From NCBI RefSeq assembly GCF_002682985.1, contig NZ_MKGN01000002.1:1-14652 (forward strand): DNA of 14,652 nucleotides, in the 5' to 3' direction. Origin of the DNA: Candidatus Tremblayella phenacoccinincola. Its GTDB lineage: Bacteria > Pseudomonadota > Gammaproteobacteria > Burkholderiales > Burkholderiaceae. This document shows positions 14,423 to 14,652 of this stretch, piece by piece. The stretch's first letter is position 1. Every line of letters begins with the position of its first letter. A program made the position numbers and the translations under genes. The notes under the pieces are model-generated. The model ran no database searches, was not told the origin of the DNA, and saw only the letters and a list, made by a program, of their open reading frames with translations.

Positions 14423-14652
14423 CTGAGATCTTGGTGTTCTTGTGTTGTTAGTTAACCTTTGTATATTAGTATGTAGATTAGTATGTATGATGTTCATTGT
14501 AGCTTGAAAAGGCAGTCTATATTGGTATGTATCTATAGGCTATTAGATGAACCAGGCTCTAGGACAGATATACGTTGGTTCTTAACAGCTACAGAGCACA
14601 TACATAGCTGATGAACCATTCCTTTCTCGAGTAGAGGCTACCCATATGCTTA

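Noticed and set aside
14285-14497. 70-aa minus-strand ORF
   Set aside because: It overlaps tRNA-Leu(GAG) and the initiator tRNA in antisense. Its length is an artefact of stop-poor tRNA sequence.

Overview
AT-rich, very gene-dense window that looks like a highly reduced proteobacterial (insect-endosymbiont-type) genome. I cannot name the organism from sequence alone. It holds 12 apparently intact housekeeping or biosynthetic CDS: rpmH (absent from the ORF track), dnaN, rpoD, tilS, trpD-trpC(F)-trpB-trpA, fmt, def, mnmG and rlmE. It also holds 9 tRNA genes: Glu-UUC, Gly-GCC, Tyr-GUA, Asn-GUU, Lys-UUU, Leu-UAA, Cys-GCA, Leu-GAG and initiator Met-CAU. Genes lie in five blocks of alternating strand, with tRNAs in line with the CDS in four blocks and forming the fifth alone. 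I see no mobile element, CRISPR array, toxin, defence or secretion gene, no pseudogene, and no unassigned protein that could form a novel protein-based system. In that sense the region is ordinary core genome. The unexplained signals are non-coding or structural. (1) A perfect 18-nt inverted repeat ties the rpmH stop region to the interior of dnaN, in a locus where dnaA and rnpA are missing from their conserved positions. (2) Three non-coding tracts are unusually G+C-rich for this genome (1-240, 4883-5062, 14423-14652). The two window edges share GATGAACCA motifs in inverted orientation. (3) There is a compositional step between the dnaN/rpoD end (~37-42% G+C in sampled lines) and the AT-rich 3.3-14.2 kb block. 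(4) The trp operon lacks trpE/trpG. (5) The trpA stop codon overlaps G1 of tRNA-Tyr, suggesting tRNA-punctuated transcripts. All G+C values are hand counts of the stated stretches. No database search or RNA folding was possible.
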